This document shows positions 24,036 to 36,239 of a stretch of DNA of 64,000 nt, in pieces (position 1 is the first letter of the stretch; each line of letters begins with the position of its first letter). A program made the translations under genes and the position numbers. The notes under the pieces are model-generated. The model was not told the DNA's origin. It saw nothing but the letters and a program-made list of their open reading frames with translations, and ran no database searches. Source of the stretch: Phallusia mammillata (Eukaryota); assembly GCA_965637545.1 (NCBI GenBank), contig OZ281496.1:9796001-9860000 (forward strand), given 5' to 3'.

Positions 24036-25539
24036 CTTCTAATAAACAAAATTCAACACACACAAAAAATGGTTTCAAATTTTTAAGTTGTCAGGTATAT
24101 TGGGCCTACACATGTACTTCTGAAACTTCACGAAAATTGTTGTGATTTATAGGGTAATTTCCGTTAAACATTGAGATTTGCAGCCAAAATGTTTTCATTC
24201 AAAATTCCGTAATTGTTTTGACTGAATATGTTATTTTTCTTCAATGTCGCACATTTAATTTAAGCAGGAGGACGCAAAGTGCCATACGATTTTCAAGCCT
24301 GCAAAAATGTGAATCAATTCAAACCATCTTCTGCAGAAATTGTCGAGGATTATTAGTACCATTTCTAAAATTTACAAGTGTTAGATGGGATTGAAATATG
24401 TTGGTCTAGCTGCTCCATTTTTAATGTATTTTTGGGATTTGTTTGTAAATATTTTTGTAGATATTCATCACAATTTCAGAATTTGCTAAAAATATCTTTG
24501 CTTTAAACATTTGTCATTATGTATACTTAGTGTGGCATGTGTTGTTAATGAACACTTCGTTGCTTACTATTTGATTTAAGAAACATTTAAAAACTATATA
24601 CGTTAAATGATTCAGGCTTTTTACTTTATTTTTTAAGTTTTTTTTGAAGATTTTTTAAGGCTTGTTTATTTTTTAAAATTATTGAACATCATCATACAAG
24701 TTGTTCAATGCACAGTTCGAGATTTAAACGACTTTTGTACACGTGGTATCAACTCAAGTAAAAGAGGACTTTTATTACAACGTTTTATAGCATTGCTTCA
24801 ACACTTACTTAGCACAAAGCAATTTAAAAGCTTCATGCCAATAAATATGCTAATGAATCAAAGGCCTTCTATTTACCTCATGCTTATTTGCATATTCTTG
24901 TTAGCGCAGCTTGGGAAATAAATTAGGGACTACGATTGCTCTCACGCAGACAGGAAACGATTATTAAAGACGGTGAAAAGGTGACATTGGTCACTGCTGT
25001 TTACTGCGGTAACATTACTTCAAATTGCAATAAATTTAATTTTTTTACGGTTCAAAATTCACTTGTCTTTGTTAAATTGCCTGGTGAAGCGAAATGTCTG
25101 TTTGGCATTCTTGGTTAACTGTCGATTAACTAAGAGCGACAATTTCCACAAATTTTACGAAACTACGACATTGCACAATACAACAGCTTACATCGGAATA
25201 ACGACTGCGGTGTTTATGTAAAATGTCTCTTCTGTTCTTTCTCATGTCGCAAACGCTAAGGTATTTTAAAATATATGTGCATACCTTTTTGAGTACAAAT
25301 TGAAATCGCCAATAATAACCACGATAATTGCTGTTCACAAACAGGAGATGACAATTAAAGGGCGAGCGAAGGTGATTGTGATCAATGTTCTTACATGTGT
25401 CTTAATATTACAATTGGGAAAAATAAGTCAAGAATTTTGTGTGGTCAAAACTTTCCACCTCGTTATAGATATAGCCTTAGGACTTTTATTTGTATTTATA
25501 GCAACATTCATTTAAGAAACACATAACATTACCCAAAGC

Positions 25540-25717
25540 CAATGGTGGGATTCAAATTTTTGTCAGCCGGTTCTATCACAAAAAGCAATTTTTTTGCTGG
25601 TTCTGTTACAAAAAGTCCATTGACATTAACTAGTAATGCTAACCGGTTCGCTGATCTGATTAAAATACGTGAGACGGTTCTGTAGAACCGGTGCGAACCG
25701 ACTGAATCCCACCACTG
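25540..25717. mobile_element. hAT MITE (178 bp)
   Basis: TIR caatggtgggattca / tgaatcccaccactg, with a perfect 8-bp TSD cccaaagc. An end-deleted copy sits at the paralogous site ~21380-21490. Confidence 0.9.
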
Positions 25718-28700
25718 CCCAAAGCCAAACAATTTCATCTTCTAAATATTATCAAGGATTATTAGAATTACTTCTAAATGTTACAAGTATTAGATGGGAT
25801 AGAGATATGTTCCTATAGTTTGTATATTTGCCAACATTTGCTTTTAATCATCATTTGTCATTGTATATCCTCAGTGTCGCACGTGACGTTTGTGCACAAT
25901 TCGTTGCTTCATAGTTGTATTGGAAAACATTTATATACGAATGTACGTTGGATGCTCCTACAAAGTGCAATAGTTTAATTGTTTGAGCCATGATGATTAA
26001 TGCTTATTTGCATATTCTTTTGGCTCAGCTTGAAAAAGAAATTGGGAACTATGATTGCTCTCGCAGATAGGAAACAACAATTAAAGATCGATAGAAGGTA
26101 GCATTGGTAACCCTTGTTTACTTCAACTTTTTAAATAAGTACAAGTCAGAAAAACGAATGTTCGTTTGGTCATTGGTCACTTCTCGTAACCAGAAGTTTA
26201 GTTTTCAATATTAAGTAACATTATTATATAAAATACACAACAGAACACAAATCAGACATTCTCAAATGCTTTTATTATTTTTCATTGATACATTATAACA
26301 AATTCTCTTCAGTAACAAATATAAGATAAAATAGAAAATTACTCTTGTGAAGTTACATTAGGTGATTTCCATCAAAGCATTGAAAAGTTTGATTGAGATA
26401 AAGTCAAATTTAATGTGTGACAAAATAGACCCTTCTCGTTTCGAAGACATTCCATGACGAATTCAGAACTTGCTTTCAAATATTTTATAATTGTATAATC
26501 TCAGTGTCGCATTTTTGGTTTATGAACGTTGCTCAATGATTAAATTAATTTTTTTTTAAATAAGTTTATACGTTCAATGCTTCGACAAAGTGAAATATTT
26601 TGCTTTAAAAAAACAACATCAAGGCATTTTTGAAGATCAAATCGTTCTGTGCACCGGGTATAAAACAACACAAACCTACCCGAATTTCAGCAATTCTGAT
26701 CATTGAAGAGTACATTTAATTATAGTTAACTCATTAGGAAAATTATTACAAAAAGAGTTATTATTATAAGCTATTTTCTTTTCTTCATCTTGGTTGTTAC
26801 ATTTCAGACATCATCATGGAAGCCGTTCAGCATAGTTTAAGATTGAACTATGCAAAAATGGGTTAAAATTAAATGCAAGTTTTAGAACTCTTTATACAAC
26901 ATACTTCGCCATGTTTTGTTAAACATTCGACACAAAGCAGTTTTACCACTCCTTGTTAATAAATACACTAATACACCTTTGACCTCGATTCACCCCGTAC
27001 TTATTTGCATATATTTTTGGTACAGCTAGAAAAGGAAATAAGAACCGTGATTGCTGTCTCGTAACAGAAGCGAATAACAATTAAAGAGGATGAGAAAGTA
27101 ATCGTAATAACCGATGTTAACTTCTGTCGTAAGCGTCGAAACTAGAAAATGGCCGATGATATTTTAAATCGACTGAAAAGAAATTTTCAATTTTATGTGT
27201 GCCTATCTCTAATCTCGTGTAGCAAACACAATGTGCCGTTTCACAAATTCGCAGCTACTATCTTTAGGGCGTAAAGATAACCTCGTTGTGGCCATGTAAA
27301 TTATACATTATATTTGTTTCAAATAAAATAACGAAACTCAAACTAATTCAGATTTTGTACAAAGTTTTTCTGCAATGGGATTAAAACATATGTGTGTGAC
27401 AATGTGTTTTTTCACAACAACATTTAAGTTTCGTATGTAGAAGTTTTTCAAGATTTTATTTATTATTACGGATTTCTATCGACTGTCATCAGCTATTTTG
27501 TCATTTAAGCCAAGTGGACGAAAGTTGCATAAGATTTTCAAGCCTGTACTTCCGGCAATAGATGTTTTGCGCTAAGAGGTTTCAAAATTCCACATAATTT
27601 ATCTGTGGAAAATTGTGTGTATTGCATATTTTGCATGCAAATATTTTTGTGTTTATCATTTTTGGGTAGTAAATCTTTAATGTATTTGTAAAACATTTTT
27701 TTATCACAATATTATACACCAAGCTTGCTGCAACCAACAGCATCAAGCAATTGAATCTCTTTCTTTTAATAAATATGCTAATGAACCGAAACAATGTATC
27801 ACTTATTTGCATATTCGTTTGGCGCAGTTAATTGTACAGTTAGAAATAAATCGTGAACTATGATTGCACTCAAGCGGATAGGATACGACAATTAAAGATA
27901 GAAAAGGTAGCATTGGTTATCGATGATAATTGCAACTTTACAAATCAGTGCAAATCAGAAAAGAGAATGTTCGTTTGGTCATTGGCCACGTCCCGTAACA
28001 AAAACTATACTTGAATATTTAGAAACGTTATTATATGAAATGCACAACAGAACACAATTCGTACATTCACAAATGTTTATTGTTTTCCACGCATATATTA
28101 TCATAATTCTCTCCGGCAACAAATATAAGTTTTTGTTAAAAAATGTAGTAGTCATTCTGTAAGTTGCATTGGGGGATTTTCATCAAAACGTTTCAGTTTT
28201 ATAGCCAAATGTTTTCGACGATTTCATTCAAAATTACGGATTAGCTTTTGACTGTCTGTTGTTTTGTCTTGTCGCAAATGTGATTTACGCAAATAGGCGC
28301 AAAGCGCCATCGGATTTTTAAGCCCGAATTTTCGACAATGTACGATTTGCGCGCAAAAAATCAAATTAGCATGCACCGGAGGAAAAATGTGTTCTTTGCA
28401 TTTTTTTGCATGACAAATATTTGTGCCTAACACCCCAGTGTTGCTAAATCTTTTAATATAAGTTATTTGTAATTTGTGTTGGGACCATTTGCACTTCCTT
28501 AGTTTTGAAAGCAAAGTTGTTACTGCAGTGATCAGCTTTTACGCACCAGAAAACAAACAAAGGCACCTGAAACAGTTTTAAAACTGAACAACTTTCAATA
28601 ATATTGTGCTTTATGCTTGTGATAAATCGGTTCAATTTAAATCGATCTCTGTTTGTATTTATGAAAAATTCTAACAAATGGATTTGCTTTCCAAACTAGT

Positions 28701-31485
28701 TCTCTTTTCACTTTTGAAATATTTGAAACATCATCTGACAATGTATTAAAACTGTTCTCAATTGCAAAATCGCTTTTGAAATTTAGAAAAGTGTTTTCAA
28801 TATAAGTACCTAGAACTGTTTGACCAACACTATCTGCAGTGACACTGCCTAAACAATTATCACAAAGTAAACTAATGGCGACATTTTCACACAAATGTTA
28901 CGAAACTGCGACATTGCACAATACAACAGCTTACATCTGACAAACGACTGCGGTTTCTGTGCAAATTGTCTTCTCCGCTCTTTCTTATATCGCAAACGCT
29001 GAGGTATTTTGAAATCGTATTTGCACAATTATTTAGCAATGTTTTTTATCGCCTAAAGTTTAAACCCTAAACGAACCACGATTGCTGCTGCATAGCATAG
29101 ACAGGAAAGGACAATCAAAGGGCGAACGAAGGTGATCGTGATCAACGTTGTTTATTTCTGTCGTAAAAGTACAATTAAGAAAATAACTCAAGTTTCTTTT
29201 GTGGTCAAATATAGCCGTCCTGGCTTTGTAACTTGCGTTCCAAGCGTTGTCGATACAACAAGAATCTTCTAAGAATTATATTATTCTGTGTTCAGTAAAA
29301 TTCACATAAGAACGCCACAAGTACTCACTTCAAACACTTCCATCTTCTGCAGAAATTTTCAAGGATTATTAGAATCATTTCTACAAGTTACGATTGTTAG
29401 ATGGGATTAAAATATGTTGGTATAGCTTCTCCATTTTTAATGTAATTTCGGGATTTGTTTGTAAATATTTTTATAAATTTTCATGAAAATTTCAGAATTT
29501 GCTATAAATATCTTTGCTTTAGGCATTTGTCATTGTGTATACTTAGTGTGACATGTGTTGTTAAGGACGCTTCGTTGCTTAATATTTGATTTAAGCAACA
29601 TTTACCAACTTATATACGTTTGATACTTTAAGATTCTTTTGTTTGTTTTTTGAAGTTGTTAATTTTTTGAACATCATCATACAAACTGGTCATTACACTT
29701 CGAGATTTGAAAGACTTTTATGTACGTCGTATCAACTCAAGTGAGAGAGTTAGACTTTTATTACAGCATTATATGGCATTGCTTCAACACCTAGCACAAA
29801 GCAATTTAATAGCTTCCTTTCAATAAATATGCTAATGGCAAAAAGACCTCCGGTTTACCGCATGCTTATTTGCATACTTATTTTGGCGCAGCTTACGAAA
29901 TAAATTAGGAACTACGATTGCTCTCACGTAGACAGGAAACAATTATTAATGAGGGTGAGAAGGTGACATTTGTAACTGTTGTTTATTGCTGTAACATTAC
30001 TTCCAATTACAATCAATTTATTTTTTTACCGTTCAAAATTCCCTTGCCTTTGTTCAATTTTCGTTCCGAAGCAGAATGTCCTGTTGCATTCTTGTTTAAC
30101 TGTTTAGATAACAATCCTTGCATTTGTAACATAAATGGCTGTGCCTTGCATCACTTATTTGGAGAAAAAAACTATTGTTGTTGTTCTGAACTGTAATCAT
30201 TCATCAATTCCCTAATCGGGATGTGCCGAAGGTTTCAATCTCATCGAAAATAAATAACCATAACTGGAACTCAATTGCTCACTATAATCATTCTGGAAAT
30301 TCTTTGTTTTGCCGTATTATAGATTGTCGAATGTTCATCTTGAATATTTCGGTGTAGTGGAAACATTTGTTCGGTTTGAAATTTTGATGTGGAACGTTCC
30401 GCAATACGATGGGGAAAGATGACCGATGTCAAGCCTCGCGTAATAGACAAGTAATGTGGAATCGGTATTGGATAAAATCATGACTGTGCGTGCTGTCAGC
30501 CCACGTAATGACTGTACTACGTTTTATCACAACATCACCCATTCCGAGTACTGAATAACTTTAAACATCTGTTCATAATTAATTGCTTACGTGTCTACAT
30601 AACCAACATATAGATGCATACTTACTTGGGAGTGTTTTTGTCTAGCTATGTCATTTTAAATTGGTTTGAAATTTTTAACAGTGCACTACCATTCGTGTAA
30701 GGTTGCGTGGTGTGATGTGATGCGTTAAATCTGTTTTGCCAAACGATGGGTGCAAGACGATCGATTTCGGACTTCGCGTATAAGACGAATAATGTAGAAT
30801 AGGGATTGGATAAAGCTTAGCAAAACCACACTATGACATTTATTACCAATTGCTAAATATCGATGCAACCCAATTTAATTATGTTAAATTTGACGTGTTT
30901 TAGGATTTTAATTACGTAATGTTTATAAAATACGAAAACATGAACGCATAAATTATGCTACAAACTACCTGGAAATTGCATTTGCATTCGAATATTTAAC
31001 CATCATACCCAAGTTTCATAAACTGTTATATTAACTATAATGAGCCTATTGACGGACGATATTCAATATCTGGAGTGACAACCAGGCCCCACGAGAGGTG
31101 GGTGCAGCCGGTGCGCCGCACCGGGGCCCATGAGAGTCTAGGGGGCCCATTATTATTAAGTTTTTAAAATTGCTTTAAAACGAAAAAATGTTGCTGATTG
31201 TCGAATGTGGAGTTTGATTTGTTTGTAGTGCAACTCTATGCAACAAGTTTTATGATTGTTATACGTTGGTGCATGCGCGAATTGTAGCGAGATCTCTTTT
31301 TGATGTTTCTACGTTTTTGTGCCACAGTTGTGTCCGTTGTGTGGTAAGAATGCTGCACATTTGCGCTGACTACATAGTGCTGGTGAGTTTTATGGACGTT
31401 ATAATAGCATTTGTTGTTTCGTTATACATTTATAGCACGTATTTGATTTGGTTACAGCTTTGGTAGTAAGCGAGGTACTTTATTG

Positions 31486-31951
31486 CAGTGCTCTTCAACC
31501 AGTGTGCACGGTGCACCCTAGGGTGCACCAAAATATGCACGGGGTGCACCAGTACAAAAAGGTATACAAGTGAGCATCACAAACTTTTAATGGTCCATTA
31601 TTATTTGTTTTTTCCGGATATTAAAAAAATATAGGTTTCAACTAATGTATAAATGAACCTCTGTATTTTTTTAAATGTTGATGTCTAACACTTTCAGTGC
31701 GGTTGACGTATATCTACGTCAAAAGACGTTTTGTGTAGAGTGCGGATTGACGTTAATTTGCGTCAAAAGTCTCACGGGCACGACAGTGTGTAATACTTCG
31801 GCAGTTCCGCTCGGTTTAATTGACATAATGATATGATAATAATTTTTCATGTCACTTTTTACCTCAGTTTACCTTTTGGGTAAACAGGGTGCATGAGTTC
31901 GTCACAACAACTTTAAGGGTTCACCAAGCCAAAAAAGGTTGAAGAGCACTG
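31486..31951. mobile_element. Nested hAT (Charlie-like) MITE (466 bp)
   Basis: Perfect 15-bp TIR cagtgctcttcaacc / ggttgaagagcactg, with a perfect TSD ctttattg. Confidence 0.92.
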
Positions 31952-32002
31952 CTTTATTGGACCATATTTGTTAATTGTACATAAGCGATAAAGCGACAGT
32001 TA

Positions 32003-32026
32003 TGTGTGTGTGTGTGTGTGTGTGTG
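32003..32026. repeat. (TG)12 microsatellite
   Basis: Read directly from the sequence. Confidence 0.95.
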
Positions 32027-32652
32027 AAGACGTTTACTTTGCTTTACTTTGCTGTCCTTCGTATTAACATTTTTAATTGGTCTGTACGTATGTGAAAATT
32101 ACCGTCAAAGCAGTTATTATTTTAAACAAATTAGCAGTAATGGGGTCTCATGTCCGACTTAAGTCACATTTTTTGAAAACTTGACTTGACGTGAGCTTCT
32201 CAGCTGTTATAGATTTGGCTTGACTCGGTATATCAACAAAAACAGGAAATATTTTACCAGATAACCTGTTCAGTTGGCTTTAACTAAACAATAGCAGAAC
32301 TTTACTGTGCGATTTGTAGGTATTTTTGTTGGTATACCGAGTATATATATTTTATATTTTTGAGGTCATTTCATCCGGCCCTCGACCATATTTTTTTGGT
32401 TTGCGAAATTGTATTGATAACTTTGTAACATTCAAAAATTAAAACTACTTCCTACGAAAGTTTTCCTGTCGCGATATGTGGAATTGATATTGCCTATAGT
32501 TTCATAGGATTACAATGCCTATGATTGATTCAAAGCTAGTTTGTTACGTCACATACAAGACTGCAAGTGTTAATTGTACACAAACAATTGCCTTCCTATG
32601 TTACTTGTGACGTAATATACAAGCATTGTTCGTCAGATGAGACTAACTATAC

Positions 32653-32845
32653 CAGGGGTCGGCAACCCCTGGCACGCGTGCCAAGGTTGGCACGCTAGGT
32701 GTTTTTTTATGGCACGCCAACCGATTTGTGTGTTTATATTGAAGTAACAATTTAACCTGTTACATTGCTTGTTTATAGTTTTTATCATGCCCTGGTCTTA
32801 AAATTCAGCCTTTGGCACGCCTCGCCTAAAAGGTTACGACCCCTG
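32653..32845. mobile_element. Nested hAT MITE (193 bp)
   Basis: TIR caggggtcggcaacc / ggttacgacccctg, with TSD aactatac / aactacac. An empty homologous site is at ~47383 (ctaactatgcagtttaacagtcgc). Confidence 0.85.
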
Positions 32846-35617
32846 AACTACACAGTTTAACAGTCGCATTACCAGATTTTGGGATTTTAGAAATACCATG
32901 TCTTGGCGCTGAAAAAAGTTTGTGGTGACCCCTGGTTTAAGCAAACACAGTACATGTCAAGACCAATCTTTGCTTTTGAGCGTTTACTTTGCTGTACGAA
33001 CGCTATAGTGCATGCAGTAAAAATATAGGAATTTTAGGTTTCTAAAACTCTGAAGGTTTGACGTTATTGTCCAAGCTGTTAATGAGTGAGGCTAGCTTGC
33101 TTTAGTTTGTTCTTTTGGCGAATAAACGTATTAAACGCTTGATCATCAGCACATAAATAGTGTTCAAAGGGGGGCCCAGAAATTGACTTGCACCAACATA
33201 TTTTTTTCTCTCCAGGGCCCTGGTGACAACTGCAATATAACTTACACAATATAGTTATGACATCTCATTTTGTAAGAAACGATCAGGTATAATGCATGGC
33301 AATGTCTCTTTAAAAGCAGTATAATCTTGGTCTATGCTTTTCTACTTGGTGTCTAAACAGAAATACGAAAATCAAATTTTAAATAGAAATTTCTGCTTTG
33401 ATTCCGTGTGCATACTATTTGACGCCGAATTTAACACAAGGAGCATAGAATTTACCATAGCACTTTTGCATGCGAAAATTTGGAGGCGTGTTTTCCAAGC
33501 GAGCATCGCATAAATGTACATGGTTAGAGCGGGTTTCCCTAAGAGTTTCGTGCAATCAACCACAGTGCCTAATTGTTTTGTCAATAGTTGAGCTTGTTAC
33601 ATGCACGACTATGCACGTACAAAGCCTTTTTTTAAAAAATGTAGTCAGTATTAACATTTTTTCTTAACTTTACAAAATGACAATAGGATGTTCTTATGCC
33701 AGATGAGGATAATCAGATAAAATAAATTTTAACCGAAAAAGATGTTACAGCTTTGGACAACAATATTATACTCTACAAAATAATTTATTTCTGTCATAAC
33801 GGGAATAATAAAAGTCAGTGTATCTTCACCTGAAACAACATACATGACTATTAAAAGGGTTACTTTTGTTCTTGTTTTTTGAAAAAATATTATTCTACAA
33901 AAGAATACTTATTTATGAGGAAAACATCTATCGTGACATGAATTGAGATTTTGCTCCAAAAATAAAATCTGAGCCGTTAGGATTAAATTTGTGATGCGGA
34001 ACAACAGACAGGCATTAAATCAATCATGTATTTCTAACTAAAAATTCTGGGAATTTCAAAACTTGCTTAAAAAATTCAAATCAAGCGCACTTTAACTGCA
34101 TTCAACAATTTCTATTCGGTCACACACTGTTTATGCCGGCGTCCCACGTAAATGACAGTAACATCAATTTTTTTCGAGTATTGGATAACTTTAAACTTTA
34201 AACTTTAAAGTACCTAGTTTATTTTTCTACATAACCAACAAGATATATATATATATATACGTGGAAGCGTTTCTTGTCAAACGTTTTGGTACCGCATTGC
34301 GCGCAAAATATTCTTGTAAGGCTGCGTGGCGTGATGTGATGCGTTAAAATTGTTTCGTAAAACTATGGACGCAAGACGACCGATTTCAGGCATGGGGTAT
34401 TAGACAAGTAATGTGGAATCGAGATTGGATATAGCTTGACAAAACAAAACTATGACAATTATTACAAGTCGCTAAAAATTGTGGTGACCTAGTTTGATTA
34501 AGTTATATTTCTGTGAATTTAGGATTTTAATAATGTAAAGTTTATAAAATACCAACACATAAATGTATTAATTTCGCAACACACTACCCGGGAATTGCAT
34601 TCGCATTCGAATATTTAACCATCATACGCAGAATTTATGAACTGTTATTTTAACCATGATGAGCCCATTAAAGGACGAAATTAAATATCCTGGGTCGCTG
34701 TTCTTGAGTGAAAACAGTAGTATCTCGTACTTACGCAACACAGTTACCAGATCACCTTTTGTAAGCAACGATCATATGTAATGCATGGCAATGTCGTTTC
34801 AAAAGTAATATGGTTGTGCTCGAAGCTTTTCCACTAGGTGTCTAAACAGAGCTACTCAAATCAATATTTGAATAGAAATTGTGTATTGATTCCGTTTTTA
34901 TTCTATGACGCCCAAGTTAACACAAGGGTGATATAGTTTACCATAGAAAATTTATATGCACAAATTTGGACGTTTGTTTTCCAAGCGATGTTTGTGCATT
35001 CAGCCATATCCCTATATTGCGTTGTTTGCTTATATACGTAAGCGTTTCGACCGATGGTCATATGGAAAACGAGTTTCGTGTAGTCTGCGAAAGTGCCAAT
35101 TTATTGCATGGATATAATCGCTGAGTCAATAGTTGTACTTGCTACATGCACGACTATGCACGTACAAAGCCTTATTGCTTATTTAAAAAAAATGTTGACG
35201 GTTTTAACATTGTTAAGTTTTAACAAGTTTTTTTTTTGTAACAAAATGTTATTTTGGTGTTGCAATCTCATAAACATATCTTTAGACATTAAAAATTAAA
35301 TTAATTTCACCAGTTGTGGTGCTATTTATTGCTTTCGTGCCTTAAAAAGTGAGTAGCTTCAACAACAACTGCTCACTGCATGCACCAACTTAAACGTGTT
35401 ACCAGGTGGGATCAAAGTAAAACACACAAATCATAGCTGAAAGAGATAAAAGCGTCCACGTAAAACCGCATACATTGTCACACAGTATATTTCTTTGAAG
35501 AAGCGAATAAATCAAACCAGCAAACTCTCAACATACGCAAAATTGCATATTTGGAGGTTTGGGGGTGGTTTGTCTTATTTTAAGGAAACTCTCTTTTTAT
35601 ACTAAACAATATGTTTT

Positions 35618-35667
35618 CTGCAGATAGTGCACACTGTTTCGACCTATAAGGTCTCATCAGTGCAGCT
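35618..35667 (-). ncRNA. Type I hammerhead ribozyme motif
   Basis: The minus strand reads (AG)CUGCA-CUGAUGA-GACC uuaua GGUC-GAAA-CAGUG ug CACUA-UC^UGCAG. The full catalytic core and helices I and II are intact. Helix III has one C15.2:A16.2 mismatch. Confidence 0.75.
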
Positions 35668-35866
35668 GGTGACGAGAGATCGGCCGCATTGGCTAGTGTA
35701 GCCATCAAACGGCACTCCAGTTTGTGGTGAGCAACAGGGTACAACCCCATACATCACCCAGTCTGTGCGATGCCACAACTGGGCATACAGCACAAATGAA
35801 ACTGGCTCACAGTGGCCAAGCAACTGCTTGGGAACCACAGTGAAGTCGGCTCAGTGTCACAGTATC

Positions 35867-35958
35867 AATGTAAAAGCATATGAGCCAATAAATGATAAGC
35901 TGCAGACAGTGTGCACTGTCTGCAGCTTATCATTTATTGGCTCATATGCTTTTACATT
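35867..35958. repeat. Perfect 45-bp inverted repeat with 2-nt spacer
   Basis: 35867-35911 is the exact reverse complement of 35914-35958. It is centred on a second copy of the hammerhead helix III/cleavage sequence cagtgtgcactgtc^tgcagc. Confidence 0.95.
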
Positions 35959-36239
35959 AATATGTTTTCTTTTGTGGAAAATTAACATCTTGCTTTACTT
36001 GGTGTGAGACCCTGTGCTATAATTAGACACTGAAACGTCAGGTTGGCAAAATTTGATGCAGATCAACGTTTAGAAAGCGTCAATCAAAAATTTAATCGGA
36101 ATCGTGGAAAATTTTGTAGTTCTTGTGCCTAATAATAGTTCGGCGAAATTTTTATTATTCGTCTTTGTAAATAAATTCGTTATTAAACAAAACCAAAATC
36201 AGTTAGACTTGGAATCACAAGGAAATGTCAATTATATTT

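Larger units (their letters stand above)
16200..30200. repeat. Mosaic of degenerate, repeatedly duplicated modules (family I) upstream of copy 1
   Basis: The block tcaataaatatgctaatgaa..cc(t)ccgatttaccgcatacttatttgcatattc..gcgcagcttg..gaactacgattgctctcacgcagacaggaaac recurs near 16950, 20630, 22440, 22910, 24840, 26000, 26960, 27770 and 29820. A second block (tacctagaac..gacactg..cttacatc..cgctgaggtatttt) recurs near 16580, 18390, 20930, 25140 and 28800. Confidence 0.85.
31083..33222. mobile_element. Non-autonomous hAT element (2140 bp) hosting nested MITEs
   Basis: Ends caggcccc / gggccctg, with a perfect 8-bp TSD gtgacaac (31075-31082 and 33223-33230). An empty paralogous site is at ~34705. 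No transposase ORF. Confidence 0.85.
30480..35230. repeat. Local ~1.1-kb duplication (30480-31082 plus 33231-33670 versus 34120-35230)
   Basis: Shared blocks include cccacgtaa(a)tgac, gtgatgtgatgcgttaaa, attcgaatatttaaccatcatac and catgcacgactatgcacgtacaaagcc. The left copy is split by the 31083-33222 element. Confidence 0.75.
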
